A stretch of DNA of 64,000 nt, taken from Basidiobolus meristosporus CBS 931.73. Its lineage: Eukaryota; Fungi; Basidiobolomycota. A program made the position numbers and the translations under genes. The stretch is taken from the NCBI GenBank assembly GCA_002104905.1, contig MCFE01000045.1, positions 124,001 through 188,000 on the forward strand, in the 5' to 3' direction. Below the pieces are notes generated by a model. The model saw only the letters and a program-made list of their open reading frames with translations, was not told where the DNA came from and ran no database searches. Shown piece by piece: positions 23,491 to 34,777 of the stretch (within the stretch, counting starts at the first letter, position 1; each line of letters begins with the position of its first letter).

Positions 23491-24370
23491 CTAGGATGCT
23501 GACGAGCTGGATGAAGATGCTTCCACATCTTCTTCGTCTGAGGACATATCGGAAAATTCGTCCCTAAGTGATCCGATAGTTTAGCTAATGGAGAGGAATA
23601 TTGAAAAAGTAGTTGGGCTTACCACATCGACAACTTGGCTGATTGCTTAGGTACTACTTGCTCCTTCTCTTTGCCTTTGTCTTTTGTATCACCTTTCTTC
23701 TTGGATTTCATGACTTGAGGAGATCGTGTGAGTCTCATGCGATTCAAATCTTCATAATTCGCTCAATAATACCTTCTGAAACGGCGCTCTTTACTTCTTC
23801 GATTAGATCTTGGCTCTCTTGTAGGAATTCTGGATCGTCAAACCGAATCTTCTTTACTGGTCGCTCTTTTAAAGCTTCTTCAATTTTTCGGTTGATACGT
23901 TCGTTTTTTTCACGCTCTCTTTGCTCCTCAAGTTCGGCATAGTCGGCGATCCTGTGTGAAAAAGGGGGTTGAGTTGCCTGGTCGCTCTAGGCACTGCAGA
24001 TATCAAATTACCTTTTGGCTGCTTTAATGGTCTTCAGTCTAGTACCAGAGAGATCGCGACAACTGTCATAGTTGGTGGTCTTTTTGGATGACATTCTGCC
24101 TCCTTGAGCTCTGAGCATGCTTCCAAAACCACCCTTACCACCAGCCAAGGCAACTTGAACCTTCAATGTGGTTGGGTGGGTGTTGTTACTCTCAATTACA
24201 TAGTCCTCGTCCAAAGGTAAACCTCCAAAAGTCAAAATTCTTTGCTCTTCAAGGGGGATATCGGCAAGATCATGTACGCGAGATTTCACGAAAGCTACGC
24301 TAGGCTGGGAATCGAATTCGAGGCAAACTAAACGGGAACTTCCCGGAAGATTGATATAGAGTGGCACCAT
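23491..24370 (-). CDS. SDE2: SDE2 splicing/replication-stress factor (N-terminal ubiquitin-like domain)
   Basis: UBL region followed by LAGGKGGFGSMLRAQGGRMSSKKTTNYDSCRDLSGTRLKTIK, the SDE2 cleavage-site signature; acidic C-terminus; two or more introns. Confidence 0.92.
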
Positions 24371-24699
24371 ATTTTCGTGAATGGATTGTAAGGAAAGGTG
24401 GAAACTAGAATTACAAATGCTTGCCTTGTGGGTTGAAAAAAATCCAGTTTCAGGATGTTTCACCCTTCAAGTACACGTGATGCAAAATCGCGAGCTAATT
24501 GTCCATTAACATTAGATATCGATATTCTCATGATCTAACTGTATGTACATCAACGAAAATAAGGGAGATTTTCCGCACTATGGGAGCGTTGGATTATTTG
24601 CAGGGTAACCTGACTTGATATTGCAACGATTTTAAATTTTGAAACTTGAAATTCGTTATTATCAATCTTGTCTTGTCGTCTGTCCAGTGCAGTAATAAA

Positions 24700-26731
24700 A
24701 TGTCATTAGCCGACGAACTACTTGCCGATCTTGAAGATCTGAGCGGAAATGAGAGTGGGGAGGAGAATGTAGAAGAAAAAGAGGACGAGCAAATGATGGA
24801 TGAGGCGGAAGATGAAGATGCAATGGAGGACGATGAGAGCAATGTTGACGAAGATAAACTAGCCACTCTGCTCAAGAACAGCGAGACCGTTGACGACGTA
24901 GCAAAGCTTCACAGCAGTAAAGAGCTGAATGAAGTCCTGACTGTTAGTATATGATGACTAGTAACCTCACCAAACACAACCATGACATTTATTCGAACAT
25001 ACTTTTCTAGAAAATCGAGCATTTCAAAGGAGTTCCACGTGAGGCTACTCAGTTGGTTGGTGTGATGGAGGAAGATCCCGAATACAAGTTGATCGTTAAA
25101 GCCAACGATTTGACAGCTGCCATCGATACAGAAATCATCTCCATTCACAAAGTACGCATTTTCAAAGACTTTCAGCCACCCCAGAAAAACTAACCACTAT
25201 CCTCGCTATAGTTCATTCGTGATCACTACGCACCCAAATTCCCAGAGTTGGAATCCTTGGTTCCTAGTGCGTTAGATTACGCGCGTGCTGTGAAGACTAT
25301 AGGAAACGAATCAGTTAGTACTTTCTTGCATCCCTCGAAAAATATTGGGTATTCATATTGAAGCGGTACGAATTTCAACTTAGGATATTACGAAAGTCGA
25401 CCTTCGGTCTATCCTGCCCTCAGCAACCATTATGGTTGTTACAGTCACTGGTTCTACCACTGCTGGACGACCACTGGACGAGCGAGAATATAAGATTGTC
25501 ATGGATGCATGTGACATGGCGCTACAACTCGACGAAGCCAAGAAAACCGTAAGTGCTCTAGATGAACAAGGACGCTTCTCGCACACAGACATTAACCGAA
25601 TCCCCTTTAGATTTTGGAATATGTTGAATCGAGAATGTCATTTATCGCACCGAATCTTTCGGCAATCATCGGTAGTGCCACTGCAGCCAAGCTGATGGGA
25701 GCAGCAGGTGGTTTGACTTCGTTGAGTAAAATGCCCGCTTGTAATATCCAGGTAAGTGTATTCCGAATCTCTCACCCAAACCAGATGTTTGACAGCTACT
25801 TGGGAATAGGTCCTTGGAGCCACCAAAAAAACCCAAACCGGATTCTCCAGTGTCACCATTAATCGACATGCGGGTTTCATCTATCACTCTGAGTATGTGC
25901 AAAGAATCCCGTCCGATCTGAGACAAAAGGCCACTCGTATCCTTGCTGCCAAGTGAGTTCCAGGCATCATGACTTTTCAAGCTTACAAGCTACTTACGCC
26001 ATCTCTCTTGTTAGATGTACATTGGCAGCTCGAGTCGATCGTGGGCACGAATCGATTGATGGTAAGAATGGAGGATCCAGATATATTGCTGGTTGCGTTT
26101 ACTGATCCTTCGACATGCGTTTACTGATCCTTCGACATGCGTTTACTGATCCTTCGATAGGCTCGATTGGCAGGAAATTCCGGGAAGAGATTGATCAGAA
26201 GATTGAGAAACTGGTTGAGCCACCGCCAGGAAAGAATATCAAGGCACTCCCTGCGCCGGATGACGCCCCCAAGAAAAGACGAGGTGGCAGAAGAGTGCGT
26301 AAGCAGAAGGAGGCCTACGCTGTAACCGATCTCCGCAAGGCCCAGAACAGGATGTCCTTCGGAGTTGCGGAGGATGAGGTTGGATCGATGGATTCAACAA
26401 GGGGGTTAGGCATGATTGGCGCCAATTCTGGCAAGGTCAGAGCAGCAGTGGCTGATTCTAGGGCCAAAGGTAGAATGATTTCAATGTGCTCTTGATCTTG
26501 ATGATTTCTAAACCCGATTCCTTTCCCTTATCAGTACCGTATAAAAAACCCAAGATCCTCAGCGGATCATCTGGTGCCACTTCAGGCCTATCATCCTCGT
26601 TGGCGTTTACCCCAGCTCAAGGCCTTGAACTGGAAAACCCCGAGGCACGCGAGCAGAGAATCCGAGACATCAACAGCAAATACTTCGACGATGCAGCTGG
26701 CTTTTTGAAAGTGGGGCAAAGCAAGAATTGA
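24700..26731 (+). CDS. PRP31: U4/U6.U5 tri-snRNP protein Prp31, multi-exon
   Basis: [12 protein letters not shown]; [17 protein letters not shown]; [18 protein letters not shown]; [18 protein letters not shown]; [21 protein letters not shown]; [10 protein letters not shown]. Confidence 0.96.
26094..26160 (+). repeat. 22-bp tandem repeat x3 in a PRP31 intron, spanning the branch point and 3' splice site
   Basis: tgcgtttactgatccttcgaca x2, then tgcgtttactgatccttcgatag; only the last copy ends in AG. Confidence 0.9.
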
Positions 26732-26884
26732 GGTGAGATTTCGTTCAGAGCACAGCAGACAATGTACAAAATAAAAGCAGAATAGATGATTCAAGACAAA
26801 ACCAGAATAGGTCATTCAAGAGTCAGAAGTTTGTTTATTTTGGGGGATTTTTTGCTGAGAACCAGTCTCAATATGTTTGGATCC

Positions 26885-27271
26885 CTAACAACTAGTGAAT
26901 GTCCACGAAATGGTGACTCTTCCAGCTGCCTCGTCAGCGATTCGATTAAATGCGGCAGGACTCAGGTCCAGGTCCCCATGCTTACAGCCAGGACATTTGT
27001 CGACGATCTGGACCTTGACGTTGCCTTTCGGTCCAGTGACAGTGGCACATTTGAAACAAGAGGATGAGCCTCTGGGTGCATTTCCGTACTGAGGGGCGTT
27101 CAATGCCGCGATCATGTCGCTGGGTCCATGGGTGGCTTCGCAAGCGCCAAGTCCTGGATCGTAGTACGTGGCATCCCCTTGAAAGTTTCCAGCTTTGATT
27201 GGGGCGGCGACCAAGAAACCAGCTTGGAAGGTAGCGATGGCAGTGACGAGAAGGGCGAGTTTAGAGAACAT
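26885..27271 (-). CDS. Secreted RlpA/DPBB expansin-like (loosenin-like) protein
   Basis: Signal peptide MFSKLALLVTAIATFQAGFLVAA; GDATYYDPGLGAC; VKVQIVDKCPGCKHGDLDLSPAAFNRIADEAAGRVTISW. Confidence 0.9.
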   Translation of the reverse strand: MFSKLALLVTAIATFQAGFLVAAPIKAGNFQGDATYYDPGLGACEATHGPSDMIAALNAPQYGNAPRGSSSCFKCATVTGPKGNVKVQIVDKCPGCKHGDLDLSPAAFNRIADEAAGRVTISWTFTSC

Positions 27272-27841
27272 CTTACTTGTCTTGGACTCTCAGAGTTGAC
27301 CAGAGGATGATAGAAGTAGGGAACAGCGCCGGGTTATTTATACCGAAGTCTGCAGGATACCGTAAAGGTTATATCTGCCAACTTGCGCCAGACTGGGGCC
27401 GACTTTCAGCTTCCCATTTCCGAGCAGAGACCAATGGAATGGTGTTCTGAGGTTGTACGGGTGTAACCACCCACTTGAGATGTCCTTGAAACGGATAACC
27501 TGCCAACTTTCTTTCGTCATCGACGTTATCGACATTCCATCGAGATAGCTGGATGGCTTGTTGCGAAGGAGAAAGAATTCTTCGGTGCTGTCTGAGTGGA
27601 CCACAGGATGTGGGGTGTATGCTATGGGAACCCGAGTCGAGTCCCGACCAATTCCTGGGAATGCCGACTACGGTGTCGAGGCCGTATCCACCCAACAATC
27701 CGGCCAGTTTAAGGTTGGTAGTGAACAGAGGACCATTTATTGGTGGGCCTAGCAAAAAGATGGAGCACAAATAAAAAACGAACTCTGGCAAAATACACAG
27801 GGATTTTCAAAAAAAAATTACATCAAATGAGTGGGGATTGG

Positions 27842-30376
27842 TCACGCTTTGGGTTCGCATTGAAGCGAGTACAGATGGAGCTCGTCCTCAGAATAGGCGG
27901 GCATCCCATTCTTGATAAACTCGTGGATCCGAGGGGTTTCAGTAAACTCGTAGGGGAGCTGCTGATACTGCACAATCTCCCCCAGCATCTTACTGATCAA
28001 CCGGAACTTGGCGAAGTTGATCAAGTGTGCTGACCTGCTGAGTGATTGCGCCTTGCCACCCTCTTCCGTGGGCTGTGGCTTGGGTTGGCTAGGGAAGGTG
28101 CGGTTTTGATGCTGATGCAGGATTGGAGAAGGGAGATACTCGTTGGGTGTCACCGAGATGTAGGTGGGGTTTCCATCTTCAGCAAAGACCAGATCAGTCA
28201 AATGAAAGCCTAGATATGGCAGTACTGGCACATTCACTCCTGCAGCCTGAAGACACGTTCGATAAGTACGATGGTTGTCGCTTCTGGATATGACCTTCGT
28301 GAGGTGAGAGTAGATTTGGATGTATTTGTTGGGAAGAGCCTTCCACAGTCCCTTGAGTCTTTGCACCGAGGACTGCTCCAACCCCGCCACGATCTCGAAG
28401 CAACCATTGTAGTTGTGGATCTTGAGGCATATCTGCGCCGCCTGTATCAATCGTTTGACGATGGTCACTCGGGAGGAGGAGGAGCTGGTGGTCACTATGA
28501 TCCCCGAAATCCCGTAGGCGATCTTGTTGAACCAACGGATAAACCCCGACAGGTGCGGGGTCATTTTCTCTTTGATGGCTCGATCGCACCAGGAGTGGTT
28601 GAAGAACTCGTTCAGGTGGATGGCGAAGAAGAGGCGCTGCTCTATCAGGGTCAGCTGGTGGGCAAAATCCTTCGGATCGATGTCGGTGATGGCCAACCTC
28701 TCGATGGGCCCTCTTGTCTTGGCCGGGTCGACCTTGAAGGACGCGGGCAGTGGTGATGAGGCGATTGGCGGCGTCAGCGTCACTGTACTCATCCCCCAAG
28801 AGATCTTGCTAATCGAGTCTGTGCCATCCTCCATCTGGACGAAGCGATGATACAAACTCTGGGTGCCATCGTCGGTGCCCTTGCTGGGGAGCAGCAGCCA
28901 TCCTATGGGGATGATGTCGCGCTCCCCCATCTTTTCGTAGACGGAGTCGGCAAACTTGGTGCGCTTCTCATCACACGTCACCACCTCCTCGAGGAACAAC
29001 AGCACCAGCTCGGTCATCTCTCGGTTTAACGAGAAATCCTCGCAAAACAAGTCGATCCACTTCTTGAAGGTGTTGAGAACGCGGAGTTGGATGATGTTGT
29101 CCCACTCGTCTTGCTTGGCGAACGAAGACTCGCACTCCATCTTCTCCTGAGCCCTCCTCATGATGGATATGGTGCTATTCAAGTATCGGACGATCAGCAG
29201 CCGGGCGACGTCGAGAGGGTCGGCAAAGTAGCGATACGTGCGCAAGAAGTCGATGATATAGTTGGGATCGTTCTGGCCTTCACAGGCCAGCATTTTCACC
29301 AGATAGCGAAGTGAGGAGGCCCGCACCATAGCCTTCCCGGTCTGGGACTCCAGGATCACCTCGTGGGATGTATCGTCCAGGTCCGAAGGCCAGGAGATAT
29401 TCGTTGAAGTCGGCGACTCGGCAAGTGACTCCCGTGAGGCTTGATTTTTTTCGGCAGATTCGGGGTCTTCAGTGAGGTCCTCGGTGGAGATAGAGCCTTC
29501 GCTGCGATCGGTTCCATCAATATGAATCCTTAACTTGTTGACGAGCGTGGTCGAAATCAGCATCGGTAGTATACTTCCGATCGATTTGTCGAACACCCTG
29601 ATTTCTCCAAGAGTTTTGACCGATTCCTTGCCCCTGAAAAACGGCAAGTCGGATGAGGTGGTGGCTGGGGACACAGGTGGGGTAAAGTCTGGCCGCCAAA
29701 CTCGAACCAGCCGTGGTGGTGTGCTTCCGAGGATGTGTGGATCTGATGCCAGGGAGCTGGAATTACTTTGGGTGCTATCACACCGTTTCCGGGGGTAGTA
29801 TGGCTCGCTGAGGGCACTTTCAAAGCTCCCAGACGACACCGAGGACGAGTCGTCCCCCAAATCCAAGTGCTCTGCTTCCTGAAGGGACTTCGAGAAGCCG
29901 ATTCCATTTGAATGGAATTTGGAGCTTAGTGGGGACTGCAGAGGGCTGGAGGATTTTGCTTTCGATGGGAACTTAGGAAGCCTAGGCGACCCGAGAGATT
30001 TGCTGGTTGAGATCCCATCGCTGGTGGAGCTCTTTTTTAGCGTCGGCAGGGTGACTCCTCTTTGCGGAATGTCCCCTAAATGGTTGGCCCCATGCTGCCT
30101 CCCGTAAGCCAGGGCCTCAGAGGACTTCGAATGTAAAAGGCTATATCCTGAGGCGGTGGTGCCCCTGGCAAAGTTAGATGGGGGAGTGGTGGATACGTTT
30201 GTACTCTCTCTCTTTTCCTTGAACAACTGGAATGTATTTAGGGAAGAGCTTCTCTGCGGAAACTCCTGGGGAGCTACGGGTTTACTACTGGACGACATGG
30301 AAGGGGGGATTTTTTGTATTCTATCTTCGGTTACACTTACAGGATCTACTTCGTTGCTTCTAGCAACCAAAAACAT
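27842..30376 (-). CDS. Ras guanine-nucleotide exchange factor (REM + CDC25 domains), Ser-rich N-terminus
   Basis: 844-aa ORF. REM: YIIDFLRTYRYFADPLDVARLLIVRY..IQLRVLNTFKKWI. CDC25: FAHQLTLIEQRLF, IHNYNGCFEIVAGLEQSSVQRLKGLW, VPVLPYLGFHLTDLVFAEDGNP, INFAKFR. Confidence 0.92.
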   Translation of the reverse strand: MFLVARSNEVDPVSVTEDRIQKIPPSMSSSSKPVAPQEFPQRSSSLNTFQLFKEKRESTNVSTTPPSNFARGTTASGYSLLHSKSSEALAYGRQHGANHLGDIPQRGVTLPTLKKSSTSDGISTSKSLGSPRLPKFPSKAKSSSPLQSPLSSKFHSNGIGFSKSLQEAEHLDLGDDSSSVSSGSFESALSEPYYPRKRCDSTQSNSSSLASDPHILGSTPPRLVRVWRPDFTPPVSPATTSSDLPFFRGKESVKTLGEIRVFDKSIGSILPMLISTTLVNKLRIHIDGTDRSEGSISTEDLTEDPESAEKNQASRESLAESPTSTNISWPSDLDDTSHEVILESQTGKAMVRASSLRYLVKMLACEGQNDPNYIIDFLRTYRYFADPLDVARLLIVRYLNSTISIMRRAQEKMECESSFAKQDEWDNIIQLRVLNTFKKWIDLFCEDFSLNREMTELVLLFLEEVVTCDEKRTKFADSVYEKMGERDIIPIGWLLLPSKGTDDGTQSLYHRFVQMEDGTDSISKISWGMSTVTLTPPIASSPLPASFKVDPAKTRGPIERLAITDIDPKDFAHQLTLIEQRLFFAIHLNEFFNHSWCDRAIKEKMTPHLSGFIRWFNKIAYGISGIIVTTSSSSSRVTIVKRLIQAAQICLKIHNYNGCFEIVAGLEQSSVQRLKGLWKALPNKYIQIYSHLTKVISRSDNHRTYRTCLQAAGVNVPVLPYLGFHLTDLVFAEDGNPTYISVTPNEYLPSPILHQHQNRTFPSQPKPQPTEEGGKAQSLSRSAHLINFAKFRLISKMLGEIVQYQQLPYEFTETPRIHEFIKNGMPAYSEDELHLYSLQCEPKA

Positions 30377-31258
30377 AACATACAGGGAACGGGGATCTGG
30401 TATAAAGCTTCACCTCAACTGGATCTAAAACAAGAACTGGGGTGGGTATGGAAGTGAATAGTCGCCCTGCGAACAAGCGTAGTGTTACAGACAAGGTAAG
30501 AGGGAGAAGGTTAAATAGGGAGAGTTGAAGAGATGTGTGTCGAGCAACCGTCCAACATAAAAAGGAAAGGTAGAGTTTGAGAAAATGGCTCGCCTACATT
30601 CATGATCGGAACTTTATCAAACGCAAAGTCGGGAAAGCAGGGGGGCTGTTATCATTGTAAGTACAAGCAACCAAGGATTCTGTAAGATTTAGGGGTCGGA
30701 GTCAGGGAGGTGTCAATGGCCATCCCAAGGCGCTATGCACAAATAATACCGTGATGGACATTTAAGGAACTGTGGTATGCACTTAGGAGAAATGCTGGTT
30801 AGGCTACGTCTGAGCAAAAAGACCATGATCACGACCACTTAAACCGGTTTTACCACTGCAGCAACCACGCGTGCCTCTGTGTGTGGCTATTACGAGAGAC
30901 TGTTATGCCTAATACGAGACTGCTGTCAATCCCTGTGAAGATAAACCAGTCACACCGGATAGGGCCGAAACGGCGGAATAAACAGTCCAAAGAGACAGTC
31001 CGGATATGAATGCAAAGACTGTTTCACACGATTTATTTAAGAGCAGAAAGATACTAATGCAAGTCCGCATCAAAAAGAGTTGAATGGAAGTATTCCTCAA
31101 GGAATTAAGAAATGCCGAGAGTAGTTGGTTGGGACGGAAGGTCAGAGGATGAGTTGGGTAGGAAGCGAGGTGACGACTAATATAGACAAGTGTAAAGATG
31201 CGGGCAGGGAAAGAATCAGGTAATACAGAGGAAATATAGAAATAAACACTGATGTTAT

Positions 31259-32417
31259 CTAAAAACCAGTTAAAGCGGCGATTCTCGCTTGGGCAAAATT
31301 ATGAGCTGGGACGATTCCGATGATCCATCCTAGCTTGGTCTTGAAATCCTCTACGGCGTCGGCAAATGTGCCGTTGGATTCGGTATTGTGAAGGTCAAGG
31401 CTAACATAGGCAATTTCGGTTAGATATATGCTTCTGACACGTTACGCTGCTTGCTACTTACTTCCTAGCCCACTCGCCGACCACAAGTTGGCCATAGATT
31501 CGGCCCTCTCCAAGCTTGCTAGCTGCGTCCTCGATCGCTTTCCTCCAGTAAATGGCAATACGGGCATACAGAGAGTTCTTCAGCTTCTGATGCTTTGGAT
31601 CGTCCCAATTTGGAAGACGATGGATCACGCTGGTGGCCGTATGCAGATAAGAGAACGTCGTTGTTGGGAACTCTTCCTCTGATGTAAAGTGACAAGCATA
31701 TTCCAGAATTGCGTCCTACAGAGACAAATTAGTACCATGCCCTTGGAGACTCGCGTGTCAGGAAACCTACCTGAATCTCAACCAAAACGTGGTGGACGCG
31801 ATTGAAAGTATAAGGGTCGCGGCCTGGCCCAAATTTGCTGTATGGGAAACTTTCTTGTAGCTTCTTCTCCAGATTCGACAAAAGATTGGTGACCGACTGA
31901 ATAGTTGGTTTGGGCACATACGAGGAAATCTCGTTCTTCAAATGAGGATGATTGTCAACCAGCTGGCTTAGGACAGATATCAGCTGGCTTTTATCGAGTG
32001 GCTCTGTGAAATTCAAAGTTCGTTAACAACATATTCCTAACAAGCTCACGTGCAGGAAACCCTGACATACCAAGCAATTTATTAAGAGGAAGATGACGGG
32101 TCAGACTTGAGCGAAGCTTCTTTACTGGATTGTACTGGTCCATCTCGTCGATGTTGGCTGCGGTATCTGAATCCTCCTCGTAATCATCATCGCGCATGTT
32201 CTCATCAAAGCTAGTTTTTCGTTTTCGGCCTGTTTCAAGCAGACGAATTAGTGGTTATTTTAGAGGATGGTTAAGTGGACTCGCGCTGACCTCTTGAGAA
32301 CTCAATGTTTCTGATGATTGGGCTTCTCTGTGGCGCGAAGCTAAGGGGCCGTTGGTGGAAAGGAGAGTTTTGTGGGGAGTGGACGGGAAAGCACGGTGAG
32401 TGTGAGGCTTCAGACAT
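31259..32417 (-). CDS. STS1: Nuclear proteasome tethering factor Sts1/Cut8, multi-exon
   Basis: NLS-like GRKRK; RHLPLNKLLEPLDKSQLISVLSQLVDNHPHL..PKPTIQSV..LQESFPYSK..YTFNRV; HRLPNWDDPKH. Confidence 0.85.
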
Positions 32418-33202
32418 AATTAATAGAGGTGAGGTGTGTGAAAGAAAATTACAAGTGAAATATAAGAGTAGAAATGAAAAGAGGGAGCTATGAGGATCGT
32501 ATCTGGACTAAAATATTTGTAGGCGAGGCTATTAGGATTTCTTTTATGATTGAGCTGACGTACGGCCAATGTTTCGCAAGGGTTTGCCAGGGTAAGAATC
32601 AGTTTTTTTTCACTTTTTGTGCTTTTACTCGCAATTCACCAATTCTGATCCAGAACCAGCCAGAGATGATTAGAAATCCCTCCTCCAGCTGCGGCATGCC
32701 CTCGATATTTGCGGTGCTATTGAGCCAAACTGGGTTAGATCAATCCATCACACTGTGTTCCGGGACGATGAGGGACAATGTTATGTATACAAATGGCAGA
32801 ATTCTCAACACAAAAAAGGAATCTGTGTCAGGTAACTTGTCACACTCACTCATTCGTCAACCGTTGCCTGTACATGTTTGGGTCAGAATACTCGCCCCAT
32901 TGATGATGCATATGATTGCTGTAACACACCGCGATGATTCGACAGTTTCAATTACGGAAAGCTCCATGCTTGTCAAGTGATATCTAGAGTATATATGTAT
33001 ATAAAATGTATCTATTTGCCATCAATCATCGATCCGTAATATAGATGACTATTCCCAAAGTGGGAACTCTCGATCAAATTCTGGTTATTTATAGTTATCT
33101 ACCACAATGAGCTAACTAAGATTATATCGGATTTCTGGTTAATCAATGCGTTGGATATCAAGATATGCACCAACAACCATGCGTGGTTGTGGAGTGTAGA
33201 GA

Positions 33203-33320
33203 TCAAGATGATTGTTCTTGTGCTGGAGGGTGGAAATCAAGACGATTGTTCTGGCGGCGCTGGAGGGTAGAAGCCAACAAGATTGTTTTTGTGCTGAGGG
33301 TGGGGATTGTTCTTGCGAAA
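33203..33320 (+). repeat. Degenerate tandem repeat of about 33 bp, about 3.5 copies
   Basis: caagatgattgttcttgtgctggagggtggaaat / caagacgattgttctggcggcgctggagggtagaagc / caacaagattgtttttgtgctgagggtgggg / attgttcttgcg. Confidence 0.75.
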
Positions 33321-33607
33321 TATTGCCTCTACAACCACACCTCGTGATGTTCAATGCATCAGATGGAAATGCGACAAAAGAGCTACAATGGTTGCGGCCC
33401 TAAGCACATGCAATGCTCAGATATGATCCCGACATAATGATTGACTTCGGATTTCCGAATTGTTGTATGTCTTGGTTGCAGTGGTTACCGAGGTCAAATC
33501 TCCTTTGCTGGGGATATATATCCAGCACGGTGTTTCCGATTCATTTGTATCTCGACTTCTCGCCTCAATTTCCTGTTTCAACCAAAAAACTTGATCAAAA
33601 AAGCAAC

Positions 33608-34495
33608 ATGGTCTACTCTTCTGTATTTGATGTGAACACAAAAGCCACAAACAGCTCGAAATCAAATGACGATGTGCAGACGGCTTTCATCCCAAGTCTT
33701 GATGATGTGTTTGCTGACTTGAGCTTATGGAGAAATGAGCATCCCAATGGATTTGCAAAGGGGCCATCACAGCAACTGAGCACATTCAGTCGTAAGCTTG
33801 ATGTTAAAGGGTTCCCTCAACACAGCTCTCCTCTACCAAGCCTGCCGAAACAGAACATCAAAGATGTTACGCTTTACAAAACTGAGATGTGTAGATCATT
33901 CGAAGAAACGGGAAGTTGCCGGTAAGCCCATCTCCAATGCCCCACTGACTGTTCCGTGCCCATTAATAGCGTTCACGCATGTAGTTATGGCGAGAAATGT
34001 CAATTCGCACACGGGGCTGCTGAGCTTCGTGTAGTTAAAAGGCATCCAAAATACAAGACTCAATACTGCCGCACTTTCTGGGAGCAGGGGTGCTGTCCTT
34101 ATGGTAAACGTTGCTGCTTTATTCATAGCGAAGAGGAGCAATCTACTTTAGAGCTGAAGGCTCAACAAGCGCCCCCAGTCCCTAGGGTGGTTCCAGTGGA
34201 GAGAACTACCACTGCCAGCCACCAAAAAAACCTCAAGGCAGAGTGGGTCAAGGCCTCGAAAGCAATTGGCCATTCTTGGGAGGAGCCATCTCTCACCCCG
34301 TACCCAACCAGTTTCCAATTGTTTAATGGTTTCGAGGCCAGCAGAGGCCAAGCGGTATCGCGCCCGACTGCTAGTCCTTTCCTCCGTAGCGAGTGGTCGC
34401 CTTTCGGTGGATTGGAGAAATCAAGAAAGCTGTCTGTATCAGCTATCAACCAAGAGCTACCAGAACGTCTGTCCGCTTTTACTCAATTCTTCTAG
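33608..34495 (+). CDS. Tandem CCCH zinc-finger mRNA-decay protein (TIS11/ZFP36/Cth1-Cth2 family), one intron
   Basis: LYKTEMCRSFEETGSCR/YGEKCQFAHG and HPKYKTQYCRTFWEQGCCPYGKRCCFIH, with (R/K)YKTE-like lead-ins and the standard 18-aa spacing. Confidence 0.93.
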
Positions 34496-34777
34496 ATCTC
34501 GTGTATTTAAACAGTCCTGGGTGGCTGTTGCATTCAATCGTTGTCGATATCCCATGAACCTACTCCCTAGATAGATAGCATTCAGAATAGGCTTACCATT
34601 GGTGTCATGTTCCTACTCATTTAGATGTTACTTTATTTCACAATAAACTATGCTTGCAATTTGATAAATTGGTTAGGAGATCTTCGCATCGTTTAAATTT
34701 TCTATCGCTTGCCAGAATACAATGCATATAATTTAATCAGGATTTCATTTGCTTCCCCTCCACTCCGTCCACACTAT

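Noticed and set aside
30909-31100. Small hydrophobic ORF downstream of STS1
   Set aside because: It has no true ATG context or homology cue and is probably 3' UTR or intergenic.
32474-32980. 168-aa plus-strand ORF between STS1 and the CCCH gene
   Set aside because: It has no motifs, runs through a T-rich promoter-like tract, and lacks the codon bias of real genes nearby.
33379-33390. ggttgcggcc resembling the 5' end of fungal 5S rRNA
   Set aside because: Only about 10 nt match and the downstream sequence does not continue the 5S pattern.
34496-34660. AU-rich autoregulatory element in the CCCH gene 3' UTR
   Set aside because: There is only an isolated ATTTA and no TTATTTATT nonamer.
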